A stretch of DNA of 32,000 bases, taken from positions 4,950,001 through 4,982,000 of the forward strand of contig CP126532.1 of the NCBI GenBank assembly GCA_030167145.1, in the 5' to 3' direction. Position 1 is the first letter of the stretch. Each line of letters opens with the position of its first letter. The DNA is from Ktedonobacterales bacterium. Lineage in GTDB: Bacteria; Chloroflexota; Ktedonobacteria; Ktedonobacterales; JADMIN01. Below the pieces are notes generated by a model, which was not told the origin of the DNA, did not search any database, and saw only the letters and a program-made list of their open reading frames with translations. The position numbers were made by a program, and so were the translations under genes. Positions 8,145 through 16,410 of this stretch are shown here, in pieces.

Positions 8145-8822
8145 ATGCCTCACAGTGCAGTATCGTCGCTTGACATCGGCGCGCCGCCGTCCTGGCCGGG
8201 CGTGCGTGTACTTGAAGCACTGCGGCGCTGGATTGTCGCGCTCGCGTCGCCAGAGAATCCGCCCTCCACGGTAGTCTCGCCTTCAGATGCGTCTGCCTCG
8301 AATGCGACGGCTCCGACGTCACCATCGGCGCCACATGAACGAGCAGACGCGCTCTATCAACAGCATGCGCGTGCGGTGCTTGGCTACCTCTGCGCCCGCC
8401 TCCCCACCCTCGCGGACGCTGAAGACGCGCTCGCCGAGGTCTTTCTTGCCGCCTTGCGTGCTTGCGCCACTGGCGAACAACCTGGCATCGGTTGGCTGAT
8501 ACAGGTCGCGCGCCGTCGCGTCGCGGACTTTTACCGTGGGCGTGAGCGCGCCGCGGTGATTATCGTACATGACGAGCGGCTGGCCACCCTCCCCGACGAT
8601 ACCACTGGCCCCGAACAGGCTGTGTTGCAAGCCGAAACGATGCACGAAGTGCTGGCGCTGGTGGCCGCGCTCCCCGATGAGCAGCGTGAGGCGCTCGTGC
8701 TACGCTTCGCCTCTGGGCTGCGCTCACCGCAAATCGCCGCGATACTGGGCAAGTCCGACGAAGCCACCCGCGCGCTGCTCTCGCGCGCGCTGCGCCGTCT
8801 GCGGAAGGAGCTAAGCCGATGA
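8145..8822 (+). CDS. ECF-type sigma-70 family RNA polymerase sigma factor
   Basis: Region 2 'LYQQHARAVLGYLCARLPTLADAEDALAEVFLAAL' and region 4 'LPDEQREALVLRFASGLRSPQIAAILGKSDEATRALLSRALRRLRKEL'. Start is uncertain. ATG 8145 gives an N-terminal extension of about 65 aa that is Ser/Pro-rich. Confidence 0.85.
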   Translation: MPHSAVSSLDIGAPPSWPGVRVLEALRRWIVALASPENPPSTVVSPSDASASNATAPTSPSAPHERADALYQQHARAVLGYLCARLPTLADAEDALAEVFLAALRACATGEQPGIGWLIQVARRRVADFYRGRERAAVIIVHDERLATLPDDTTGPEQAVLQAETMHEVLALVAALPDEQREALVLRFASGLRSPQIAAILGKSDEATRALLSRALRRLRKELSR

Positions 8823-10993
8823 CTCCCCGCGATTCACAACCCAATCACACGGATGATATGCACGATGAGTTCACGCTCGACATTGAAGCGATGGACGCTC
8901 TCGCGCCGGCCAATCTCGACGCCAGCATCGAATCGCTACGCCAATCGCAAGTGGATACTGCCGACGCCCGGCTGGTGCGCGCGTTGGCCAGCGTTTATAC
9001 CCTACCAAGCGGCGCGGATGCCGTGTTAGAGCGCGTGCGCGCCTGTATCACCGCCGCTCCGCTGCCTGACCTTGACAGCGGCTCCGACGACGCCATTGGC
9101 GCGGATGCGGGCCATCCATCGCGGCCCGCGCCCCGCCCCGCACCTACGCGGCCAGGTAGCCGTGCGGGCGCGGCGTTCCGCGCCATCGCGGCGATGCTGA
9201 CGGTGGCGCTCATCGCGGGGAGCTTTCTCACAGTACTGCGCCTTCATCAGCGCGCGGGCACATCCACTCCCACCTGGCAAGATGTCAGCATCACCCGCGC
9301 CCACACCACCCAGCCGCTCAACTTCGATCCCAAGAACGGCATCACGTATGCCGTCAGCCAGACGAGCGCCAACATCTACGCCTGTGGAAGCGGCCACCTC
9401 TGGTACAGCGCCGACGGCGGCGCGACCTACCAGCCTTTCACCCCCGCCGAGCCTTCCTTGCCTCCTAACGTGACGAGCACATGTATACTCGCTACCGCAT
9501 CCGGTTTGCCAGGAGTGTTCGTCTTTTATCGCGATGTGAACACACCAGGCCAGCCGCTTACACCTATCGGCTATGCGGCTCCTGGCGCACTCCACTGGCA
9601 GCCATTGCCGGTGCCTGCCGCCACGCCATATACCGTGAACCTCACTCCTACCAATACCCGACTACCTGCCGACATTGTTGGAGGCGTGCTTCCCTACGCG
9701 GCGCTGGCGGGTAATGTGCGCTTTTCTGACGGCTGGCTTTTCGCACTGCTGCCCATCCAGGGCCAAACGAACGTGTTAGCTGGCTCACCAGACTTTGGCG
9801 CATCCTGGATCTGGCTCGACGCGACTTTGCAGCAATCTCAGGGCCATACATGTGAGAACTTCGCCGTCAGTTCGACCGATTCCCAGCGTCTTTACTGCAA
9901 TATTCCGGCAGGAAATCCTCAAATCTGGGAGACAATGGACCGTGGACAGACGTGGGAGCCTTACAAAGATGGCACTGGTTGGGAAACGATCGTGGGCGCG
10001 AGTAACAATGCCGCTTTTGCCGCAAGCAACCCCAAACCCACTGCTGACAGCGGCATATTGATGCGCCAGACATCCTTTGGCGGAAGTTGGCTCTTTGTCG
10101 CGCCACTGCCCTCACCTGATGCCAACAATGCCAAATTCACACAGGGGGGGCAGCGGATTTTCGAGGTAACGCCTTCCGGTGGGATCTATGAAGCGCAATA
10201 CGTCTCGGATGAGACCGGCACGACAGTACAGGTGGATAGCCTCGCACCCAACGCCACCAAGTTTGTATCAGTCGCGCACCCCCAACAATTCTCAGGTCTG
10301 TTTGGACTAGCGTTCGGCGGTACCATGCATGGCGACCGACCGGCACTATACCTGGGGGCAGGTTCTTCGGGCAAGGGCGATACCACTACCTCGCTTTACC
10401 GGCTCGCTCTCATCCCAACGAACACCCCCTCCATCATCAATACGCCTCTGCCAACCCTGACACCCGCTGAGACTGCGACACCCGTTTCGACAGTGCCCGC
10501 CTGGGCACCCAATCCAGCTTGCGCGCATGATCCAGAGATACTCGCACCGATTCAGTGGGGTGGTCTCGGCGCGAAGGCAAGTACATTTGTTCAGCGTTGG
10601 GGGCCAGCCAATGTGACCTCTGGCACGACCTATTATGGGCATTACTCTGACACGGGCACACCTGTCGTAGGGGTTGGCACTGGTCCATACACTCCGTCTA
10701 ATGGGCGTGTGGACAACATGACTTATCACGTGGACAAAACCGCTCATCTGACGCTGAAACAGGCCGAAGCGCTGGTGACGACGATCATCCCGAAAGATGC
10801 GCGCCATATCTATATTGGCGCTCCCACATCCACGCACAGCCCGATCACGCTCGGATATTGCAGCGCTGCATTCTGGGCGGCTTTCCCGCCTGGTGTAACC
10901 GAGGCAGGTCCAGGTGAAATAGCCGTTACCTACTGGCTTCGGGCAGATGGAACTGTAGACTACATGAGCATTAGTGCGGCCATGTTTGGCTGA
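8819..10993 (+). CDS. Single-pass membrane protein with Asp-box (BNR) beta-propeller-like ectodomain; positional anti-sigma factor candidate
   Basis: ATGA overlap with the sigma-factor stop. TM segment 'AAFRAIAAMLTVALIAGSFLTVLRL'. Asp-box-like repeats 'SADGGATY', 'SPDFGASW', 'MDRGQTW', 'TSFGGSW'. No HxxxCxxC zinc anti-sigma motif. The anti-sigma role is inferred from position only. Confidence 0.7.
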   Translation: MTPRDSQPNHTDDMHDEFTLDIEAMDALAPANLDASIESLRQSQVDTADARLVRALASVYTLPSGADAVLERVRACITAAPLPDLDSGSDDAIGADAGHPSRPAPRPAPTRPGSRAGAAFRAIAAMLTVALIAGSFLTVLRLHQRAGTSTPTWQDVSITRAHTTQPLNFDPKNGITYAVSQTSANIYACGSGHLWYSADGGATYQPFTPAEPSLPPNVTSTCILATASGLPGVFVFYRDVNTPGQPLTPIGYAAPGALHWQPLPVPAATPYTVNLTPTNTRLPADIVGGVLPYAALAGNVRFSDGWLFALLPIQGQTNVLAGSPDFGASWIWLDATLQQSQGHTCENFAVSSTDSQRLYCNIPAGNPQIWETMDRGQTWEPYKDGTGWETIVGASNNAAFAASNPKPTADSGILMRQTSFGGSWLFVAPLPSPDANNAKFTQGGQRIFEVTPSGGIYEAQYVSDETGTTVQVDSLAPNATKFVSVAHPQQFSGLFGLAFGGTMHGDRPALYLGAGSSGKGDTTTSLYRLALIPTNTPSIINTPLPTLTPAETATPVSTVPAWAPNPACAHDPEILAPIQWGGLGAKASTFVQRWGPANVTSGTTYYGHYSDTGTPVVGVGTGPYTPSNGRVDNMTYHVDKTAHLTLKQAEALVTTIIPKDARHIYIGAPTSTHSPITLGYCSAAFWAAFPPGVTEAGPGEIAVTYWLRADGTVDYMSISAAMFG

Positions 10994-11097
10994 TAGTGTG
11001 CCATTTTGCGGCACCAGTTTGCGGCCATAGGCTACACTATCCTGTGGCGCATCGCGCCACCAACCATACTGAACACGTCACATAAGGAGCAGAACCC

Positions 11098-11544
11098 TTG
11101 GAGCGCACGCTCATCATTGTCAAGCCCGACGGCGTCCAGCGCGGCCTCGTCGGCGAAATCCTCAGCCGCTTCGAGAAGCGCGGCCTCAAGCTCGCCGGCC
11201 TCAAGTTGATGCGCATCTCCCCAGAGCTTGCCGCACGCCACTATGCCGAACACCAGGGCAAGCCCTTCTATCCAGGGCTGGTCGAGTTCATCACCTCCGG
11301 GCCGGTCGTCGTCGGCGCGGTCGAAGGGCTGGGCGCGATTGCCATGGTCCGCGCGATGATGGGCGCGACCAATCCCGCCAATTCAGCGCCGGGCACCATT
11401 CGCGGCGACTATGCCGTCGCTATGAGCTACAACATCATCCACGGCTCCGATGGCGCCGAATCTGCCCAGCGCGAGGTCAGCCTCTACTTCGCCCCCGACG
11501 AACTCCTCAGCTATGAGCGCGCCACCGACAAGTGGTCAGAATAG
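11098..11544 (+). CDS. ndk: Nucleoside-diphosphate kinase
   Basis: '[31 protein letters not shown]' and the active-site 'NIIHGSD'. TTG start at 11098 preceded by AAGGAG. Confidence 0.95.
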   Translation: MERTLIIVKPDGVQRGLVGEILSRFEKRGLKLAGLKLMRISPELAARHYAEHQGKPFYPGLVEFITSGPVVVGAVEGLGAIAMVRAMMGATNPANSAPGTIRGDYAVAMSYNIIHGSDGAESAQREVSLYFAPDELLSYERATDKWSE

Positions 11545-11561
11545 CGCCAACCTGGAAAGTG

Positions 11562-11598
11562 CCGTGTGCTGTGGTGTCAGGGACACCACAGCACACGG
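11562..11598. terminator. Bidirectional hairpin between convergent ndk and GT39 genes
   Basis: Perfect 17-bp stem CCGTGTGCTGTGGTGTC / GACACCACAGCACACGG with a 3-nt loop, 18 nt after the ndk stop and 22 nt before the GT39 stop. There is no clear U-tract on either side. Confidence 0.6.
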
Positions 11599-11619
11599 TC
11601 ATCTCATGCGGATAGCACC

Positions 11620-13872
11620 TCAATTGCCACTCGTTGCACCGCCGCAAGCGTAGACTTGCGCGCCCGCGCCCGAACTACCAAACTCGCTCGCCGGTATCGT
11701 CGCGCAATTGGCTTCTACCCACTGCACCAGCGTCGCATTGCCTGCGCCTCCTTGGCCGCCACCTCCGCCGAAGCCACCACCGGAGAGCAGGAAGTAGCGA
11801 ATCTGCCCCTCGCGAATCATCGCTTGCAGCGCGCTCAGCGAGAGGATCTGGTCCGACCCTGTGAATCCCCCCAGTGTCAGTACCGGCTGGCCAGTGACGA
11901 TGATATACGGCGCGGCGGTCTGCGAGCTGAGTGTCGCGAAGAGGTACGAAGTAGAGCCGCGATGCGCCTCTAAGTAAGCCACCAGTTGCGTGTCAACGGA
12001 GATATCCTGCCCATTCCCAGTCGGCCCTGCTGCCGGCCCACCGCCAGCGAAGTCGGACGGTGGCGACCGGAATGCGCCAGATGGTGGTGGCCCGAAGTCG
12101 CCGAAACCTCCGAAAGCTCCTGGTCGCGCTCCGCCCGGAAAGCCGCCCGCGATGCGCACGCCAACCTGCGCGGAAGCGGCGGTTGGCCCTGCTGTTGGCA
12201 ACGTTCCGCCCGCGCCACTGGCGAGCGAGACGCCCGACCACGTGACCGGCCCTACCAGCAACACCAGCATGCCGAGCGCGGCGGCGAACATTGGCACACC
12301 CGCCCAGCGCATTATCCGCGAGAGCAGCGGTTGCAATACGCCATGCCATTGCGCTGCGCCATCTGAACGCTGTGGCGTATCCCGGCCAGATGCTACCAGT
12401 TCGATCCGATACCACACGAGCGCGCCAGCGGCGATCAGCGAGACCACCACGATGAGCGGTGTCATCCAGCTATTCCACTCAGCATATCCGGCGAGGATGA
12501 TTGCTTGTGTGATCGCAGTCAGCACCAGGGCCGCTGGCAACAGCCAGCCACGCCAGTTCACTGTACGATAATCGCGCCAGAGCAGCACGACGCCAGTGCC
12601 CGCGAGCGCGGCGACGCTGGGCGCGAGCATCGAAAGATAGTAGGTGTGGAAGAACCCCGCCACGCTGAAGAAGATCGCTTGAGTCAGCAGCCAACCGCCC
12701 CACAGCACCAGCGCCGATTGTTGCGGCGTCAGATGCGCCACCGCTTGTGCCGTGCCCGCGCGTTGTTCGCCACGCATGCGTGCGATGAGCGTACTCGCCC
12801 ACTGTCTGGGACGCATCCCCCACCCGCTGGCCAGTATGCCCACGAACGCCAGCGCCAGCAGCCAGCTTACCTGTCCGCCAAGCTGCTGATTCAGCAGCCG
12901 GAAAAGGCCGGGCGCGCCGTTTTCGCTCACGCCCCCAGGCCCGCCTAGCGACGCCCCCGCAGGCGCGCCACTCGCCGCCCCAGCGCGAGCGCCAAAGAGC
13001 GCGCCGGTCAGGCGTTGCAGCCCGTTGTAACCAAGGGCAAGTTCTAACTCGGAGTTCGTGGTGCTCGAACCGACATACGGCCGCGCGGAAGCTGGCGTCA
13101 GATCTACCGCCACCACCCAACTCAGCGAGATCACCAGCAGCACCACGCCCGCCAGCGCCAGATGCCATAGCCGTGTACGCCAGCGCAATGGCGCCCCAAA
13201 CAAGTAGACCGCCGCGAACGCTGGCACGACTAGATAGGCTTCCAGCATCTTGATGTTGAATCCCAGCCCTACCAGCAGCGCGCACAGCAGCAGCCACCGC
13301 AGGCTCCCTTGTTCAGCCGCCCGGCTCACCGCATATGCGCCCAACAGCACCGTCAATACGAGCAGGCTGTCAATGGTGTTGTTGCGGTTGGTGACGACGC
13401 TGATCGGGGTAATTGTCAAAAGCAGCGCAGCGAGCAATCCCGCTGGCGCTCCAAATATCCTCCGTATTAGCAGATACAGTACGCCTACCGATGCCACGCC
13501 CGCCAGCGCCTCTGGCAAGAGGATGCTGAAGCCGCTGAAACCCAGTAGTTTGGCGCTTGCCGCCTGAATCCAGAATCCCAGCGGTGGTTTATCCACGCTG
13601 ACGAAGCCACCTGGATCGAACGACACGAAGAAGAAGTTGTGCCAGTTCTCCAACATACTGCGGATGGCCGCCGCATAGTAGAGATTTGCGTACCCATTGC
13701 GCTGCAATTCGTAGAAGTCACAGAACGCCGCCAGCAACAAAATCAGCGACAACACTCTGCGGCGTCGCGGCGCAAAATACTCTCGTGGCCAGTGGGCAAT
13801 CTGCGCGGCGCGCGAGTGAAAGCTCTGCGCGTGTGACTCAGCGTATACCTCCGGCACGGCGCTAGCTGGCAT
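11620..13872 (-). CDS. Glycosyltransferase family 39 (ArnT/PMT-like) membrane protein with Gly-rich C-terminal domain
   Basis: N-terminal 'YANLYYAAAIRSMLENWHNFFFVSFDPGGFVSVDKPPLGFW', many TM spans, and a Gly/Pro-rich linker followed by a soluble C-terminal domain. ATG 13872 with GGAGG 6 nt upstream. Confidence 0.85.
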   Translation of the reverse strand: MPASAVPEVYAESHAQSFHSRAAQIAHWPREYFAPRRRRVLSLILLLAAFCDFYELQRNGYANLYYAAAIRSMLENWHNFFFVSFDPGGFVSVDKPPLGFWIQAASAKLLGFSGFSILLPEALAGVASVGVLYLLIRRIFGAPAGLLAALLLTITPISVVTNRNNTIDSLLVLTVLLGAYAVSRAAEQGSLRWLLLCALLVGLGFNIKMLEAYLVVPAFAAVYLFGAPLRWRTRLWHLALAGVVLLVISLSWVVAVDLTPASARPYVGSSTTNSELELALGYNGLQRLTGALFGARAGAASGAPAGASLGGPGGVSENGAPGLFRLLNQQLGGQVSWLLALAFVGILASGWGMRPRQWASTLIARMRGEQRAGTAQAVAHLTPQQSALVLWGGWLLTQAIFFSVAGFFHTYYLSMLAPSVAALAGTGVVLLWRDYRTVNWRGWLLPAALVLTAITQAIILAGYAEWNSWMTPLIVVVSLIAAGALVWYRIELVASGRDTPQRSDGAAQWHGVLQPLLSRIMRWAGVPMFAAALGMLVLLVGPVTWSGVSLASGAGGTLPTAGPTAASAQVGVRIAGGFPGGARPGAFGGFGDFGPPPSGAFRSPPSDFAGGGPAAGPTGNGQDISVDTQLVAYLEAHRGSTSYLFATLSSQTAAPYIIVTGQPVLTLGGFTGSDQILSLSALQAMIREGQIRYFLLSGGGFGGGGGQGGAGNATLVQWVEANCATIPASEFGSSGAGAQVYACGGATSGN

Positions 13873-14110
13873 AGTATCCTCCGTAGTTTGCTGTCAGTCC
13901 GTCTTGTGGATGGAGTATGAAGCGTGTGTTCGCTTCAGCCCCCGGCGAACCTAGCATAGGGCAGCAGTGTGGGAGAACACTTAAAGCGTGATGTGAGATT
14001 CCTCATGTTGACACTAGGCGGCGCATCTATGTTTGCTAGCGCGCATGGCAAGGCGAGCCTACACAGGCTATTTGACCAGTGCAGGCGCTCATGACATCGG
14101 GGGACACATG

Positions 14111-14653
14111 CTACCGTGCTGAACTGGGAATCCTTCCAGACTCTAACCTGTGTGGTGTCTCGAATCTCGCATCTTGCGTCTCATTTAGACTAACCAATGC
14201 TAGTACATCGTCCACCTGATCGAGAAGATGTTGTGTGCTGGCGAAACCGTAATTGACTGCGTGTGCGTGTCCAGTCACATCCAGCACAACCGTCGTGGGC
14301 AGTGTCAGCACACGATAGCGGCTGGTCAGGTCAGGTGTGCTCGGCGCGTCAACGCGGATCACCGAGACCCTATCGCCGCGAGCCGCCACCACCCGCGCAA
14401 GCGCGGGATCTTGCAAGCGATGGCACTGGGCGCAGTCATCGCTGCTGAAAGCCAGAATGCGAATCGGCGCAGGGTCTCGCGGTTCATGATGCGGACCCGT
14501 TGCGGCGCTGAAGTGCTCTAGAGCGAGCGGCGGCGCTGTGGCAAGAACCTGCTCACGGCGATGCGCGACGAGTCGCCGCGCCACCGCAATCATGAGCCAC
14601 GTGCTGAGCGCCACCACAGCAATAATCGCAAGTCGGTTCACCGTTGCGTTCAT
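14111..14653 (-). CDS. Membrane-anchored thioredoxin-like protein (CxxC = CAQC)
   Basis: N-terminal TM 'LAIIAVVALSTWLMIAV', then 'ILAFSSDDCAQCHRL...YRVLTLPTTVVLD' (thioredoxin fold with cis-Pro). ATG 14653 preceded by GGTGGAG. The longer ORF-track start at 14761 overlaps the upstream gene. Confidence 0.75.
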   Translation of the reverse strand: MNATVNRLAIIAVVALSTWLMIAVARRLVAHRREQVLATAPPLALEHFSAATGPHHEPRDPAPIRILAFSSDDCAQCHRLQDPALARVVAARGDRVSVIRVDAPSTPDLTSRYRVLTLPTTVVLDVTGHAHAVNYGFASTQHLLDQVDDVLALVSLNETQDARFETPHRLESGRIPSSAR

Positions 14654-14667
14654 ACCAGTAGCTCCAC

Positions 14668-15165
14668 CTACACCCCGCGCCAGTGGAAGCCACCCGCATA
14701 GCGGACGCGCGGCAACAGGCCGAGACGGCCAAGGTGATAGTAGACAAAGCACCCGGCGCAAAAGCCGACCGCAAAGTTGAGGGAAGAGAGCGCGAAAACG
14801 ATCAAATCAAGAGTCCAGCCCACCGCCGCCGCTGGTGTAAAGAACAGCACGAGGCTCGATGCGATAAGGAATGTAGTGCCGACGCCCTGCGCGAAGCGAT
14901 GCGGCGCGGGATCATCCTCAACAACGCGCGGTGTAAGCAGACCAGTGGGCACTGCGACACTCCTGTAGAGTATGCGGAACGGGCTAATACCAGGCGCAAC
15001 CGCGCTGACCGCCAGCGCCACTGCAGCGATGACCACCACCACTGGCGCTTGAAGGATGAACGCCAGTGCGGTTAGGCCGAGCGTCCAGGCTTGCGAGAAC
15101 TTCAACAGATGCCGATCAACATATGGCACATTCGACGCGCCAATCTTTGCCTCTCCCATTACCAT
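14668..15165 (-). CDS. DUF4395-like small membrane protein
   Basis: Four hydrophobic spans, 'PHRFAQGVG' and a C-terminal 'GFCAGCFVYY' motif, which I remember as DUF4395 (needs an HMM check). Start is ambiguous (15189 GTG, 15165 ATG, 15159 ATG; the last has GTGAGG 6 nt upstream). Confidence 0.65.
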   Translation of the reverse strand: MVMGEAKIGASNVPYVDRHLLKFSQAWTLGLTALAFILQAPVVVVIAAVALAVSAVAPGISPFRILYRSVAVPTGLLTPRVVEDDPAPHRFAQGVGTTFLIASSLVLFFTPAAAVGWTLDLIVFALSSLNFAVGFCAGCFVYYHLGRLGLLPRVRYAGGFHWRGV

Positions 15166-15360
15166 CCTCACATTCTTGCCACGGTCCACCGCATCATGGC
15201 GAACATGCGTGCATGACGCCTATCCACGTCATTGTGCAGTAAGTTGATGAATATAGTGAACTTCACGAAATGAAGTGTAGTCTGTGACATGCCCATCCGT
15301 CAAGGTCGAGCGCTTCGTGGCGACTTCGGATGGCGCATGCGGAAGACGCTTGAAGAAGCG

Positions 15361-15391
15361 ACTTCCCTCCCGCTACATCCGGGAGGGAAGT
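15361..15391 (-). terminator. Hairpin downstream of the rhodanese gene
   Basis: 12-bp perfect stem ACTTCCCTCCCG / CGGGAGGGAAGT with a 7-nt loop, 36 nt after the rhodanese stop (15427). On the minus strand it is followed by CGCTTCTTC, only a moderately T-rich tail. Confidence 0.55.
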
Positions 15392-15426
15392 TGCCATGGC
15401 CGCTGTATTGTTGCGCGGTGTCCTTA

Positions 15427-16314
15427 CTACACATCCTTCTCAATGGGCGCATTCACCAGATTGCCCCACTCGGTCCAAGAGCCATCGTAGTTGCGCACGT
15501 TTGGATAGCCGAGCAGTTGCGTCAGTACGAACCATGTATGCGCCGACCGCTCGCCGATGCGGCAATAGGCGATCACGTCGCGTTCAGGCACGATGCCCTT
15601 CCCACCGTAAATCTGGCGTAGCTCTTCAGCGGACTTGAAGGTGCCATCGGAGTTGGCTGCGGTCGCCCAGGGGATATTCTGTGCGCCGGGAATATGCCCG
15701 CCACGCTGCGCCCCCTCCTGCGGATAGTTGATCATGTGCAGCAATTTGCCCGTGTACTCATCGGGCGAACGCACATCCACCAGCGCCGCGCTTCCGTGCT
15801 CCAGCACATCCTCCACCTGGCGGCGGAACGCGCGCAACGAGAGGTCTGGCTCCTTGGCCGTATAGGTGGTCGGGGCGAAGTTGGGCACGTCTTTGGTGTA
15901 CTCGCGCTGCTCCGCCTCCCACTTCGTGCGCCCGCCGTTCATGATGCGCGCGTCGCCGTGGCCGTAGAGCTTGAAGAGCCAGTAGCTGTAGGCGGCATAC
16001 CAGTTGTTCTTGTCGCCATAGAACACGACCGTCGTGTCGTTGGCGATACCATAGCGGCGCATCAGCGTCTCGAAATCCGCCTTGTTCACGAAATCCCGGC
16101 GGACAGGATCCTGCACATCCACATGCCAGTCCAGCTTGACTGCGTTCCGAATGTGGCCAAGCGCGTCATAGAGCAGCGGATCTTCATCGGCCTCGACGAT
16201 TCGTACATTCGCATCGTCGAGATGCTGCGCCACCCACTCCGTGTCAACCAGAACTTCGGGGTGGATATAGCCCGTTGAGGTTGGCGGAGTCGTCATTGCG
16301 GTTCCGGTTCCCAT
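15427..16314 (-). CDS. Thiosulfate/3-mercaptopyruvate sulfurtransferase (tandem rhodanese, CysA/SseA-like)
   Basis: '[35 protein letters not shown]' (active-site CRxGxR loop) and an N-terminal inactive rhodanese domain '[11 protein letters not shown]'. ATG 16314 with GAGGTG 5 nt upstream. Confidence 0.9.
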   Translation of the reverse strand: MGTGTAMTTPPTSTGYIHPEVLVDTEWVAQHLDDANVRIVEADEDPLLYDALGHIRNAVKLDWHVDVQDPVRRDFVNKADFETLMRRYGIANDTTVVFYGDKNNWYAAYSYWLFKLYGHGDARIMNGGRTKWEAEQREYTKDVPNFAPTTYTAKEPDLSLRAFRRQVEDVLEHGSAALVDVRSPDEYTGKLLHMINYPQEGAQRGGHIPGAQNIPWATAANSDGTFKSAEELRQIYGGKGIVPERDVIAYCRIGERSAHTWFVLTQLLGYPNVRNYDGSWTEWGNLVNAPIEKDV

Positions 16315-16362
16315 TTGTATCACCTCGCTATTTCAGAATGAAGAACATCTTTCCATGCCAGT

Positions 16363-16392
16363 ACTGTAACACTTCCGCACTAAGTGTATCAA
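16363..16392 (-). promoter_or_regulatory. Candidate sigma-70-type promoter for the rhodanese gene
   Basis: Minus strand reads TTGATA (16392-16387), 18-nt spacer, TACAGT (16368-16363), about 45 nt upstream of the start codon. Sequence match only. Confidence 0.3.
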
Positions 16393-16410
16393 TGAAGTCA
16401 ACATCGTCCG

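Noticed and set aside
14007-14035. TTGACA on the plus strand in the GT39/thioredoxin intergenic region
   Set aside because: No acceptable -10 lies at 16-18 nt, and no plus-strand gene lies downstream. It is probably a chance match.
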